Source of the DNA: an uncultured Acidobacteriota bacterium | GTDB taxonomy: Bacteria; Acidobacteriota; Blastocatellia; RBC074 | NCBI GenBank assembly: GCA_963796275.1 | Contig: CAWCKY010000007.1 | Coordinates: forward strand, 864,001 to 928,000 | Length of the DNA: 64,000 nucleotides | Reading direction: 5' to 3' | Part shown: in pieces, positions 11,302 through 21,631 of the stretch | Numbering within the stretch: position 1 is the first letter of the stretch | Layout of the letters: the number at the start of each line of letters is the position of its first letter | The notes under the pieces: generated by a model | Database searches by the model: none | Seen by the model: the letters and a program-made list of their open reading frames with translations, nothing else | Told to the model about the DNA's origin: nothing | Position numbers and translations under genes: made by a program

Positions 11302-12873
11302 TTAGTTCTTTGCGGAAACCTTAACGTTCCGTACAACCTGCCAGTCTCCCGACGGCTCCAACTGAATATTACCTATTCTGCCGTTATGAACTACAACTGT
11401 TGCAGGGTACCAGAGATAGATATGTGGTAAGTCGAGAGAGAGCTGTTTCTGTACTTGTGAGAATAATTGCTTCTGCTGATCGCGAGGCGCAGTCTGCGCT
11501 TCACTGAGGAGTTTATCGATGACCGGATTATTGTATCGCGAGCGGTTCTGGCCATTCGGAGGGATCGATTGTGAACCATAGGCGAATTTGAAAAAATCGG
11601 TGCTCTGATTGCCGCCCACATATATGTTCAGATAGAGTTGAAAATTGCCTTTGTTCATATCCTCGTTGAGTTTTTGGCGCTCTAGCGGCTGTAAATCCAG
11701 GGCTATTCCTACTCTGCGAAACTGCTCCTGTAGCGTCTCGCCGATTTTTCGAGAGATCGATATGGTCGAGGTTTTAAGGCTCAGATTTATTCTGGGCTGG
11801 CCGGACTTTTCCTGGTGACCGGCTTCGTCGAGCAATTTCCTGGCGCGATCCGGGTTGTAAGGGTATTTTTCGATATCCGGTTCATAAGCCCACTGGCTCG
11901 CCGGCAATATGCTGTAAGCGGGACGCGCCTGTTGACGCAGCACATCGCGGATGATCGCGTCGCGGTCGATGGCGAACGCCAACGCCTGCCTGACTCGCCG
12001 ATCCTGTAAGACCGGGTCTTGCAGATTGAGACCTAGATGCGTAACGTTCGTGCCATTGGTGACATCTACGTTGAGTCCTTCTGCATTTCGTAGACTCTCC
12101 ACTGTTATCGGATCGAAGTCTGCATTGATGGCCAGGTCAACCGAGCCTTTGCGAAGTTCGCTCTCCCGGGTGCTGTTGTCAGGGATAATCTTTACCCTCA
12201 ACCTCGCAACCTCCGGTGCGCCTTCGAAGTAATCCTGGTTCGCGGTGAGAGTAACATCCTGGTCTTCGGTGAAACTATCGAATTTGAATGGGCCCGTCCC
12301 AACCGGTCGCTCGGCCTGCTGAGCGGAAGTGCCTTCCGGAATAATCCCGATCGGGACGATGGCGTTAGCGAATCCCGGAAATGGAGAGTTGAAATGGAAT
12401 ATGACGGTCAACGGATCTTTGACCTCGATCGCCGATAGTGTGCTGATAAATTCAGCCTTTTTATCGGACCTGAAGTCACCGGCCATCATCGTTTCGAATG
12501 TGTATTTAACGTCGAGCGCAGAGACCGGGCTCTTATCGTGGAACTTGACCCCGGGTCTTAGATAGAACGTGAAAGTTTTAAAGTCTGGAGATGACTCGAA
12601 CCGCTCGGCCAGATCCGGCACAGGGTCGAAGGTTTCGTTCTTACGTGTAAGCCCATTGAAGATGAGCTGGCGCAGGCGTTCATTGGCAGAATCCGAACTC
12701 ACGCGCGGATCGAGCGTGCTGATGCGCTTCTCAATCATCATCACGAGTTCATCGGGATCGCTTCCTCCGCGGCAGCTCGCGAATGTGGCCGATGTGACGA
12801 GGAGACAAGCAATTGCGATGATGAGATACGGAGAAGGGAAGAGACCGGAAAGTAGAGCTCCAGGTTTCATCAT
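11302..12873 (-). CDS. ABC transporter substrate-binding lipoprotein, family 5 (DppA/OppA-like)
   Basis: Lipobox [38 protein letters not shown]. Confidence 0.9.
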   Translation of the reverse strand: MMKPGALLSGLFPSPYLIIAIACLLVTSATFASCRGGSDPDELVMMIEKRISTLDPRVSSDSANERLRQLIFNGLTRKNETFDPVPDLAERFESSPDFKTFTFYLRPGVKFHDKSPVSALDVKYTFETMMAGDFRSDKKAEFISTLSAIEVKDPLTVIFHFNSPFPGFANAIVPIGIIPEGTSAQQAERPVGTGPFKFDSFTEDQDVTLTANQDYFEGAPEVARLRVKIIPDNSTRESELRKGSVDLAINADFDPITVESLRNAEGLNVDVTNGTNVTHLGLNLQDPVLQDRRVRQALAFAIDRDAIIRDVLRQQARPAYSILPASQWAYEPDIEKYPYNPDRARKLLDEAGHQEKSGQPRINLSLKTSTISISRKIGETLQEQFRRVGIALDLQPLERQKLNEDMNKGNFQLYLNIYVGGNQSTDFFKFAYGSQSIPPNGQNRSRYNNPVIDKLLSEAQTAPRDQQKQLFSQVQKQLSLDLPHIYLWYPATVVVHNGRIGNIQLEPSGDWQVVRNVKVSAKN

Positions 12874-12879
12874 ATCTGT

Positions 12880-13269
12880 TTATTTGGGCTTCTGATCGCG
12901 TTTGGCATCCTGTTCCTGGTTCCACTTGTCATAGAGCACCTGTTGCTCCGGTGATAGGAGGGTGCGTATACGGTCCCGGCATTGGACGCGGATGGCGGTG
13001 AATTGTGGTTTGATCTGTGTCCGCAATTCCTGTTGTTGGCGGCGGCTGTCATCGAGCATCTGTTCAATCTGTGCGCGTTGATCGGCGCTGAGTCCCATCG
13101 CGCTGGTCATCTCGTCTAGCGTGTTCTGGGGCGATGCCGACTGGTTGATCAGAGGTTGCTTGGACAGAAGATAGTGTCCGGATGCGCCGACTACCGTTCC
13201 GAACAGAAACGTGGCGATAATGATCAGTTGGGCTTTCCTTCTATTTGTGAGCATCGCTTGCTGCCTCAT
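12880..13269 (-). CDS. Spy/CpxP-like periplasmic helical protein with an N-terminal membrane anchor
   Basis: One hydrophobic segment and LTxxQ-type motifs (LSADQ, LSPEQ). Confidence 0.7.
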   Translation of the reverse strand: MRQQAMLTNRRKAQLIIIATFLFGTVVGASGHYLLSKQPLINQSASPQNTLDEMTSAMGLSADQRAQIEQMLDDSRRQQQELRTQIKPQFTAIRVQCRDRIRTLLSPEQQVLYDKWNQEQDAKRDQKPK

Positions 13270-13300
13270 CCATTTCAGGTGTAGATCCGATTGTAACGTT

Positions 13301-13741
13301 TTACCGGACGCTGCTGACGCTGCTGATGAAATCTTCGCTGATGTTCGTCAGCGAAGTGGCATCGTCGATCGGATCGGGCGCGTTCGAGAGAGTCCCATGA
13401 ACGGACATTGTAAGGAGCAGAATCGCGGCCGCACCGAACGCGATGATCCACCCGCGCAAGGCCAGGACGGCCGACTCCCAAGAGCCCACGCCTTGATCGC
13501 TCAATTCGCGAATGCGGGCTCTGATGCGTGACATCAAATAGGGGGTCTCCCCTGCTTGTTCCTTATCCGATGAGGCATAAGCGTTCAGAAGAGCAGCTGT
13601 CAGGCGCTCCATCGCCATGGCTTTGCGGCAATCCTCGCAGAGCGTGACGTGAGCCATGACCTTATCGGGGATGGCATGATCGTTTCGATGATTGTATTTG
13701 ATCAGTTTTCTAATCTCTGTACAGTTCATGTGCTCTTTCAC
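13301..13741 (-). CDS. Zinc-binding membrane anti-sigma factor
   Basis: HVTLCEDC (HxxxCxxC ZAS motif) and one TM helix. Overlaps the end of the ECF sigma gene. Confidence 0.75.
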   Translation of the reverse strand: MKEHMNCTEIRKLIKYNHRNDHAIPDKVMAHVTLCEDCRKAMAMERLTAALLNAYASSDKEQAGETPYLMSRIRARIRELSDQGVGSWESAVLALRGWIIAFGAAAILLLTMSVHGTLSNAPDPIDDATSLTNISEDFISSVSSVR

Positions 13742-14498
13742 CTTTGGCTTTATTCTCCTTGCGTTTTTCCATCAAGGTTAGCCTCGTAAGAGCTCGACGC
13801 ATAGCGTGGCGGGCGCGAAAGGCGCGAATCTTGACCTTCGCTTCCGACCACCCGAGCATTTGGGCAATTTCTTTAACCGTGTTGTCCTCGCCGTGCAGGA
13901 GGACCAGAATCATGCGGTCTTCAACCGAGAGTTTTAGAAGAAGTTTCTGCGTTATCTCAGAAGCACGCCCTCTCTCGGCCTCATTGAAGTGTATCTCGAA
14001 GGAACTTCCGGCGAGCTTAGTTTCGAGCCAGGTCTCTTCGTCTTCTGATAGCTCGGTGATCAGCGATTCGCTGCGTTTTTTTCGCCGCCTAAGCTCGTCG
14101 TAACAGTTGTTGACGGCAATCTTGGCCAGCCATTGCTCGAAAGAGGCGCCGCGGCGATAACTTGAAAGTGAAAAGAACGCCTTGGCGAATGTCTCTTGAA
14201 CAATATCTTCAGCGGTCTCCGGGCTGCGAAAGAAGTGGCGAGCTATCGAAAACACTCTCCGGTTGTGCCGCCTTACCAGGATTTCGAAAGCTGATTGCTC
14301 CCCATTAAGCGTCATCTCGATCAGAGAATCGTCGGGCATCTCCGCGAGCGACTCTGCCACGGCGAATCCTATTGTAGATTTGTCCTGCAGCAGACCATCG
14401 AATGTCGCGCTGGCAGCTGGAGAATCAGATAATGTCACGCTCGTTACCCTGCCCTGGAAACCTTGTTTCGATGTCGAAACAATTTCTTGCTTCTGCAA
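13710..14498 (-). CDS. ECF sigma-70 factor (true start may be downstream)
   Basis: AEDIVQETF...WLAKIAVNNCYD (region 2) and EIAQMLGWSEAKVKIRAFRAR (region 4). Confidence 0.9.
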   Translation of the reverse strand: MQKQEIVSTSKQGFQGRVTSVTLSDSPAASATFDGLLQDKSTIGFAVAESLAEMPDDSLIEMTLNGEQSAFEILVRRHNRRVFSIARHFFRSPETAEDIVQETFAKAFFSLSSYRRGASFEQWLAKIAVNNCYDELRRRKKRSESLITELSEDEETWLETKLAGSSFEIHFNEAERGRASEITQKLLLKLSVEDRMILVLLHGEDNTVKEIAQMLGWSEAKVKIRAFRARHAMRRALTRLTLMEKRKENKAKGERAHELYRD

Positions 14499-14540
14499 GA
14501 GTTAATATGTTAATGTACATCGAGAGTTTACGCCAGAACA

Positions 14541-15044
14541 ATGGCTAAATGGAAGGAGAAAATGGAAGAAGAGAGCCGAAGTGACGGGAGAAATGAAGGA
14601 AAGAATATGAAATCCCAGCGCGCGGGTTTGGTCCAAAGTGATCCAGTAATCAATGTTGCTGAGTTGGGACAATATATTAAACGAAAAAGAGAAACTGAGC
14701 GGCTCTCCTTGAGGGCAGTGGCAAAATTGACACAGGTAAGCGCTTCTACCCTTTCCCGTATAGAAAATGGTACGGGAGTTCCCGATACACCTACATTGGC
14801 ACGAATCGCCAGGTGGCTCAATGTACCGCTGGAGCGAGTAGTTACGGGAAAGTCCTCTTCAGAAGATCCGGTTGTCTACTATCCTCAAGAATCCGTTCCG
14901 GATATAGTGGAGGCTCATTTGAGAGCCGATCCGAACCTCACACCTGAAACCGCGAGAGCCTTAGCCGAGCTCTTTCGTGTCGCTTACAACCAGTTCAGCC
15001 CAAAGAATATCCTTGAGGATGACCGGGAAAGTATCAAAGTTTAA
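14541..15044 (+). CDS. XRE-family HTH transcriptional regulator
   Basis: LSLRAVAKLTQVSASTLSRIENG...PDTPTLARIARWL. The start may be 14562 or 14607. Confidence 0.85.
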   Translation: MAKWKEKMEEESRSDGRNEGKNMKSQRAGLVQSDPVINVAELGQYIKRKRETERLSLRAVAKLTQVSASTLSRIENGTGVPDTPTLARIARWLNVPLERVVTGKSSSEDPVVYYPQESVPDIVEAHLRADPNLTPETARALAELFRVAYNQFSPKNILEDDRESIKV

Positions 15045-15606
15045 TGTTGTTGAACATGATTTGTTGCCGCCCGTAAGCCATAAGTTCAGGGATGTCGAAC
15101 GGAAAGCTATCGGGGTTAGACAATTTGCCGGCATTGGAGCTTTGGTCCGTCTCGACCCATATGAACTGGCAGCGCTCCTCAATCTGAGAGTAGTAGCTCT
15201 TGCTGATCTCGATCAGTTACCCAAACAAACAAGAGAGCATCTGGCGCAGTCCGATGAATGGTCGGCGGGGACTACTGGGATGCTTCCCGATGGATCGAGA
15301 GTAATAGTTATCAATGAAAAGCAGAGCGCGGGCAGACGGGCGGCGACGTTGATGGAGGAGATTTGCCATACTCTGCTGGGTCACGATCCCAGTTCGATCT
15401 TCGGAAGTGGTTCTGGTGGTCGCAGTTATGATATTTCGGTTGAGGAAGAGGCTTATGCGGTAGGGGCCGCGGCATTGGTGCCGTATCGCGCGTTGACCGA
15501 GTATTTATCCAGAGGCTATACGGTCGATCAAATCTCAAGACGTTACGGTGTGTCTAAGGCGCTGGTTGAATACCGGATGCGTGTTTTGGGTCTTTGGGTT
15601 GAATAG
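15019..15606 (+). CDS. ImmA/IrrE-family metallopeptidase (EExxH variant)
   Basis: IVINE...RRAATLMEEICHTLLGH...EEEAYAVGAAALVP and C-terminal YGVSKALVEYR. Overlaps the XRE gene. Confidence 0.8.
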   Translation: MTGKVSKFNVVEHDLLPPVSHKFRDVERKAIGVRQFAGIGALVRLDPYELAALLNLRVVALADLDQLPKQTREHLAQSDEWSAGTTGMLPDGSRVIVINEKQSAGRRAATLMEEICHTLLGHDPSSIFGSGSGGRSYDISVEEEAYAVGAAALVPYRALTEYLSRGYTVDQISRRYGVSKALVEYRMRVLGLWVE

Positions 15607-15625
15607 TTTTTGGTGCTAATAAACT

Positions 15626-15713
15626 GGGATACAGGATTGTCAGAATATTTCAGGATTTAATTCGTCCCCCGTAAATCGCGAATCTGAAATATCCCGACAA
15701 TCTTGTCTATCCC
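15626..15713. repeat. Long imperfect inverted repeat between convergent genes (REP-like or bidirectional terminator)
   Basis: GGGATACAGGATTGTCAGAATATTTCAGG ... TCTGAAATATCCCGACAATCTTGTCTATCCC. Confidence 0.65.
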
Positions 15714-15735
15714 TTTTCGTTTTCTGTGTGTTGTC

Positions 15736-18700
15736 CTACCAATCGAGGCGCATTCCGAACTGGCCTATCCGATTGCCCGATGCGCGGGTGATGTTGCCGA
15801 AAGCGCTATCATTCATATTCATAATCGGGGCAGCGAAGTTGTGGCGGTTGAAGAGATTCAACAGTTCAATCCGGAACTGCAGACCAACTCCCTCACGAAT
15901 GGAGAACCGCTTTATCAGTGACGCATCCTCGCTGAACGTCGACAGCATGCGGACCTGCGGGAACCTATTGGGAGACGTTCCGAGCGAGTTCGGATTGGCA
16001 TCGGTGAACGCACTTCTGTCGAAGAATCGATTGCCCGCATCGTTCGGGTTCGAAGGGTTGAAAGTGTCAGGATTGAATATTCGTTTGAACCCTCCCGAAG
16101 GAGTATTGAAATTCGCCCAGACGGCGGGCCCATTCCAAAAGTTTGGGCTCACTCGCGAGTTCGGGTGGCCGAGCGGCGTACCGCTGGAGTAATTCAGGAT
16201 GGCCGAGACCGTCCATCCGCCGACCACCGCATTCACCACACGATTGGTTCCGTTGAGCAGCGTTTTACCTTTACCCGCCGGCAGCTCCCACGTGAGCGCG
16301 GACTTCAAGATGTGCGTGCGATCGAACGGGGAGATACTCTTATAGAGCGTGCGATTGTAGGTGTCCTGAATGCCGCCGCTGTTGCCGCCGACATTGAGAT
16401 CGGTCACGTTCGTGATTCCCTTGCTGAAGGTGTAGGCGCCGTAGAGGTAGTAGCCTTTCGCCATTCGCTTGGTGGCGATGATGTTCAGAGAATGATATGT
16501 GCTGAACCCGACGGGATCTCCGTAACTGTTCAATCCACGGCCGCCGAGTTGCGGGAACGGCAAAAGGGTATACGCGCCCAGACCGCTGAAGCCGGGATAC
16601 GGATAAGGTAGGCCGGCAGCGGCAGCCTGCTCCGGCGAGCTGATCACCTGCGTCAGCACGGAGCCGCGCGAGAGCTCTTTCGGATCGATCTGATTCGGGA
16701 TAACGTTAGGGCCGGAATGGAGCCGCGTGCCTTTGCTGCTTCTCCAATCGATCTCCAGCATCAGGTTTTCATTGATCTCCGATTGGATGCCGAAGTTGAA
16801 GCTCTGCACATAGCCCGATCTTACGTAGCCCGGCGAGAACGTGCGGACGCCGCCGAATCTGGTGGCGAAAGACGGATCCAGATTCACAGGTTGCGTCTGG
16901 CCCGGGTAACCATCATCGATATTGAAGACCGGCAGAAAGGGTAGGAGGTTGCTGGCCGGCAGGGAGTTGGTCTGTCGGAATCCCGCGAAATCAGCGAAGT
17001 CCCAACCGAAGGCTTCCGGTGTATACGATATACCATACCCGCCACGCGCCACGACGCGATCCGTCACCCGATATGCGAATCCGAACGTAGGCCCGAAGTC
17101 TTTCCAGTTTCCATCGTAGAGCGTGCGCCTGCCTGCGCGGCCGGGTCCCGATCCCATATACTCTACTGCGCCCAGGAGATTGCCGAAGTTGGGATCGCGG
17201 AGTGTGGGGTTGAAGTGCGCCAGCCGGTCTTCTTCCTCATGTATAGGCGAATTCCCGCTCCATCGCAGGCCATAGTTGAGCGTCAGCCGGTTGTTTACCT
17301 TCCAGGTATCCTGAACGAAGATGGCGCCGTAGCTGCGATAGGCAGTCGGGTTGAGGATGGGAGTGACACTGGCGCTGTCTACCAGCCCGAGCAGGAAGCT
17401 GGCGAAACTGTTCCCCACCTGCGAATTGAAGGACTCTCCCGGTAGGCCGGTCGTCCGGGCGGCGAAGTTGAAGGTTCCCCCTGAGTTATCAAACCGGAAT
17501 GACTGGTAGCGCAGGTTATTGTACTCGAAGCCGATCTTGATGTTGTGCGTCCCGCGTTGGTAACTGAAGGTGTCGCTGACGATGATGCCGCGATATTTCT
17601 CATCTCGATTGGCATCGTGATTCCAGGACTCGAAGGTCGCCACCGGCGAGCCGCCCAGGTTGATCAAGGGACGCGTCCACTCCGCCTCCGGCTGATCGAG
17701 CCCCACCCCGGTGATGCCGAACTGGTCGGCGAAACTCTTGCCCACTTGACGGCTGCGAAAAGCGTTGAAGTTGTTGTTTATGCCAAAAGATGCGTGGTTG
17801 AGCATGGTGGAACTCACGATCCAGTCATAACTGACGTTCCAATTATATCCGCGGCGCTCCTGTCGAATGGCTCGTGATAGCGGGCCGCCCATCTCAGGGT
17901 CCTTCAGTGACCATACCTGCCTGAATTGCCCCTCCTGAAAGTTTCGTGGCAGACCGTGCTTGTAGTAGTTGCCCGAGACCTTATGGTTGGTGGAAAACGA
18001 ATGATCAGCTTTCAGCGTGTAATGCCTCACGTTCTGAAAACCGTAGCGAGTATCATACAGATTATTGTTGAGGTCGCCGTTGACCGGCGGGTAATATTCG
18101 TTGAAGATGCCGGCGAAATTGCGGGCGACATTAGAGATGAGGTCCGGCGGGATGATGTTGTTCGCGAAGGGATCGGCTACAAAGCCGGTCTTGATCGCCG
18201 TGCGCCCGGTCAATGGGTCCAGCTCTCCGGCGGTCACGTTACGCGTCGTCCTCGGATCGTAAATCTGTCCTTCAAAGACCGGACGTCCGACAGCGTCCAT
18301 GGCCGGACGCCCCTGATCGTCCGTAATTTGTCTTCCAGTGAGCAACTTTCTGAGATCGCCATCCCACATCTCGGGTTGAGGCACGGACCGCGTGAGCGTT
18401 CCCGGTCCACTTGTATTGGTTTTGAATCGTTCGAGAGTGAAGTAGAAGAAACTCTTATTGCGGCCGTCATAGATTTTGGGGATATAAACCGGCCCACCTC
18501 CGGAGAACCCCCAGTCGTTGCGCCGGTCCTTGGACCGGACGAAATCGGCGGTGCGCGGCTGGATGAAGTTTGGATCGGCCGCTAGCAGTCGATTGTTGTT
18601 CCAATCGTTGGCGTTCAGCGCCTCGTTTCGCAGGAAGTAGAAGACGCTTCCGTGGGGTTGGTTGGACCCGGACTTCAGGGTGAAGTTTAGTGTTCCGCCA

Positions 18701-19440
18701 CCCTGACGCCCATGTTCAGCCGAGACGTTGCCTGTGTAAACATTCAATTCTTGAATCGCCTCCGGCGAAATGCTCGCCTCGGCGAAATCGCCGGGGAGAA
18801 ATCCGGCCAGGTTTGTCATGCCGTCGATGAGGATGCCCTGGCTCGCGCCGGGCGTTCCCTGGATATTCATGGTATAGCCAGCTCCATTGACGCCGGGGAC
18901 CAGCCTGTCGGCAAACACCGCCATATTGCGCCCACCGCCGAAGTTGAGCGGTAAATCCGCAAAAACGTGTGAACTCACGCTCGCCGAGGCCTGCGATGAC
19001 TCAGTCTGCAGAAGAGAGGCATCGCCGGTGACGGTCACGTTTTCCGACACATCGCCGATCTCGAAAGTTGGATCTATGCGAGCGATCTGGCTCGCGGTCA
19101 GTATCACGCCTTCGCGTATGATCCCTTTGAAACCGGTAACCTGAAAAGATATCTTGTACTCGCCAACAGGGAGCGCGCCGAGAGTATAGATGCCCTCATC
19201 ATTCGTCGTTGTCCTGTGACTCAAGCCGGTTGCAGTGCCGACAGCCGTAACTGAGACTCCAGATATGACCGAACCCGCCGGGTCGCGAACTATGCCTGTG
19301 AGCGTTGCGCGGCCTACCTGTCCGAAAACTGAAGAAGCGGTCAAAAGCAGCGTGAAGATAGCGCATATCATCCGGGAGAAGATAGTCAAGGGAATCGGTT
19401 GATTTGTAAGCATGCTTAATAGACTCCATTTCTGCACCAC
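15736..19440 (-). CDS. TonB-dependent receptor
   Basis: Signal peptide, N-terminal carboxypeptidase-like domain, SAEHGRQGGG and LKSGSN plug motifs, C-terminal RIGQFGMRLDW. Confidence 0.9.
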   Translation of the reverse strand: MVQKWSLLSMLTNQPIPLTIFSRMICAIFTLLLTASSVFGQVGRATLTGIVRDPAGSVISGVSVTAVGTATGLSHRTTTNDEGIYTLGALPVGEYKISFQVTGFKGIIREGVILTASQIARIDPTFEIGDVSENVTVTGDASLLQTESSQASASVSSHVFADLPLNFGGGRNMAVFADRLVPGVNGAGYTMNIQGTPGASQGILIDGMTNLAGFLPGDFAEASISPEAIQELNVYTGNVSAEHGRQGGGTLNFTLKSGSNQPHGSVFYFLRNEALNANDWNNNRLLAADPNFIQPRTADFVRSKDRRNDWGFSGGGPVYIPKIYDGRNKSFFYFTLERFKTNTSGPGTLTRSVPQPEMWDGDLRKLLTGRQITDDQGRPAMDAVGRPVFEGQIYDPRTTRNVTAGELDPLTGRTAIKTGFVADPFANNIIPPDLISNVARNFAGIFNEYYPPVNGDLNNNLYDTRYGFQNVRHYTLKADHSFSTNHKVSGNYYKHGLPRNFQEGQFRQVWSLKDPEMGGPLSRAIRQERRGYNWNVSYDWIVSSTMLNHASFGINNNFNAFRSRQVGKSFADQFGITGVGLDQPEAEWTRPLINLGGSPVATFESWNHDANRDEKYRGIIVSDTFSYQRGTHNIKIGFEYNNLRYQSFRFDNSGGTFNFAARTTGLPGESFNSQVGNSFASFLLGLVDSASVTPILNPTAYRSYGAIFVQDTWKVNNRLTLNYGLRWSGNSPIHEEEDRLAHFNPTLRDPNFGNLLGAVEYMGSGPGRAGRRTLYDGNWKDFGPTFGFAYRVTDRVVARGGYGISYTPEAFGWDFADFAGFRQTNSLPASNLLPFLPVFNIDDGYPGQTQPVNLDPSFATRFGGVRTFSPGYVRSGYVQSFNFGIQSEINENLMLEIDWRSSKGTRLHSGPNVIPNQIDPKELSRGSVLTQVISSPEQAAAAGLPYPYPGFSGLGAYTLLPFPQLGGRGLNSYGDPVGFSTYHSLNIIATKRMAKGYYLYGAYTFSKGITNVTDLNVGGNSGGIQDTYNRTLYKSISPFDRTHILKSALTWELPAGKGKTLLNGTNRVVNAVVGGWTVSAILNYSSGTPLGHPNSRVSPNFWNGPAVWANFNTPSGGFKRIFNPDTFNPSNPNDAGNRFFDRSAFTDANPNSLGTSPNRFPQVRMLSTFSEDASLIKRFSIREGVGLQFRIELLNLFNRHNFAAPIMNMNDSAFGNITRASGNRIGQFGMRLDW

Positions 19441-20336
19441 CCCTTTATCACCTAAATAAACCGATAGATCGGCGGCGCTGTGTTATCTAAGCTCGTGGCA
19501 GAATCGTTTACTTCTTCTGAAAGTGAGCGAGGATAAATTGGGCGCTATCTTGATGATGTCCTATGAAAAGGTCAAGTGTTTTTCAGTGGAATCTAACATT
19601 TTTTCTGCTTCGGGCTCCCACTCTAATGCGGTACATACGACGTGTATATAAAATGCATCGCACATACACATGTATCCCATGTATCCCATGAATTGGCGCA
19701 CGAGCTATTAGCACGGGTTTCATCACATTTCTCATGCCATACTCAGAGCGGTATAGCTTCACATTCCTTCAGCACAAGGCTTCGATCATGACTTTCATCG
19801 CCCCACGGTTGTTGCGCTTGCGTTCTGTGAATTCGATCTCCATCTCAAACGATACACCGGCGTATCGAAACCGCGCCGGGCTCAGCGGAGCCAGTTGCAT
19901 AGAGGTGCCAGTGCATTTGTGGCCAATCTCCCCCGCCTGCAGGAATTTTCGATACGCGCAACGGTCATTCTGGCTGCGAGAAATGTCATTCATAGGCGAA
20001 GCCTATCAAATCTCTTATGGCATTAGGCTTGCATTCCAATGATGGTGAATGAGAATGAACAAGAATGCTGAAAACTTTGCTAGTAGCTATGCCCAGTTGA
20101 CCAAAATATATTCGAGGAGCAGATGTCATGACATACATTTTTAAAGTCATATCTCATAGCAAAGGTGAAGAGGCTGGCAAACTGAGTTGAACCCGGAAAC
20201 CATCATTCAGACATAGTCACAGCGAATATAAAGAAGTATCGCAGCCAAAATTCGGCCGATAGCTATCTGTAAAGGGACAATGCATATGTAATAGTGCGAT
20301 CTATGAATATGAATTGATTTAATCGAGGGTTAGACC

Positions 20337-21479
20337 ATGACAAAGAAGGCAAAGCAACATAACTCATCGCGCGAAAGGCGCAAAATTCGGTATGCCGTCG
20401 TCGGGTTAGGTTATATCTCACAGATTGCAGCATTGCCCGCCTTCGCGCACGCCGCCAAGAATTCAGAATTGAGGGCTCTGGTATCCGATGACGCCGAAAA
20501 ACTAAAGAAGCTTGGCCGTAAGTATCGAGTCGAGCAACTTCATCATTACCACGAGTATGATGATCTGCTGGCGAGCGGCGAGGTAGACGCTGTTTACATC
20601 GGGCTACCAAACCATTTGCACCACGAGTATACCTTGCGTGCGGCGCGCGCTGGCATCCACGTCCTCTGCGAAAAACCGATGGCGGTCACCGTCGAAGAGT
20701 GTGAGGATATGAACCGCGCCTGTAAGGCGAGCGATGTGAAGCTGATGATCGCTTACCGCCTGCACTTCGAGGAGGCGAATCTCAAGGCGATCGAGATCGT
20801 CAATTCGGGCCGGATTGGCGAACCGCGATTCTTCAATTCAGTCTTCACAAATCAGGTTAAAGAGGGAAACATCCGATTGCGCCGCGAGACCGGCGGCGGA
20901 ACGCTTTATGACATCGGCATCTATTGCATTAATGCGGCGCGGTACCTTTTCCGCTCCGAGCCGATTGAAGTCTTCGCCAAAACCGCCAACAACGGCGAAG
21001 AGAGGTTCATGGAGATCGAGGAGATGACCAGCGCCATTATGTATTTCCCGGGCGAGCGGCTGGCCAATTTCACCTGTAGCTTCGGAGCGGCTGATGTGTC
21101 TGCATATAATGTCGTCGGCACTAAAGGCGTATTGTGCGTTGATCCCGCTTATGAATATAGCTCAGGTTTGAAACATGCGCTCACCATCAACGGCAAGACG
21201 CGCGAACGTACTTTCCCGAAACGCGATCAATTCGCGCCCGAACTCCTCTACTTCTCCGACTGCATCCTCAATAATAAAGAGCCGGAGCCGTCGGGAGAGG
21301 AGGGAATCAATGATGTACGCATTATTCGCGCGCTCTATCATTCAATAGAAATGGGCCAACCTGTCCGAATCGGTAAACTTGAAAAGGACGAAAGACCGCA
21401 TCCCGGTCAGGAGATGAAACGGCCAGCAGTGAAAGAGCCGCAACTCGTTCGGGCCGCTACACCATCACGCAGAAGATAG
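20337..21479 (+). CDS. Gfo/Idh/MocA oxidoreductase (glucose-fructose oxidoreductase-like)
   Basis: VVGLGYI Rossmann motif, HVLCEKPMA, GGGTLYDIGIYC. Confidence 0.9.
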   Translation: MTKKAKQHNSSRERRKIRYAVVGLGYISQIAALPAFAHAAKNSELRALVSDDAEKLKKLGRKYRVEQLHHYHEYDDLLASGEVDAVYIGLPNHLHHEYTLRAARAGIHVLCEKPMAVTVEECEDMNRACKASDVKLMIAYRLHFEEANLKAIEIVNSGRIGEPRFFNSVFTNQVKEGNIRLRRETGGGTLYDIGIYCINAARYLFRSEPIEVFAKTANNGEERFMEIEEMTSAIMYFPGERLANFTCSFGAADVSAYNVVGTKGVLCVDPAYEYSSGLKHALTINGKTRERTFPKRDQFAPELLYFSDCILNNKEPEPSGEEGINDVRIIRALYHSIEMGQPVRIGKLEKDERPHPGQEMKRPAVKEPQLVRAATPSRRR

Positions 21480-21631
21480 AAGAGATAGACCACAAAATTC
21501 ACAATTGGAAGCGCAAGCATTGGAGATTCGAGCAAAGGCCATCCTTAAATAGCTCCGGGTAAATTCGTAAATAACTTCGGTAAATTAGGTAATGATATAC
21601 AGCTGATCGACGTCTCATTTTTCGTCAATCC

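Noticed and set aside
19769-19993. 74-aa ORF between the TBDR and Gfo genes
   Set aside because: No recognisable motif or clear RBS.
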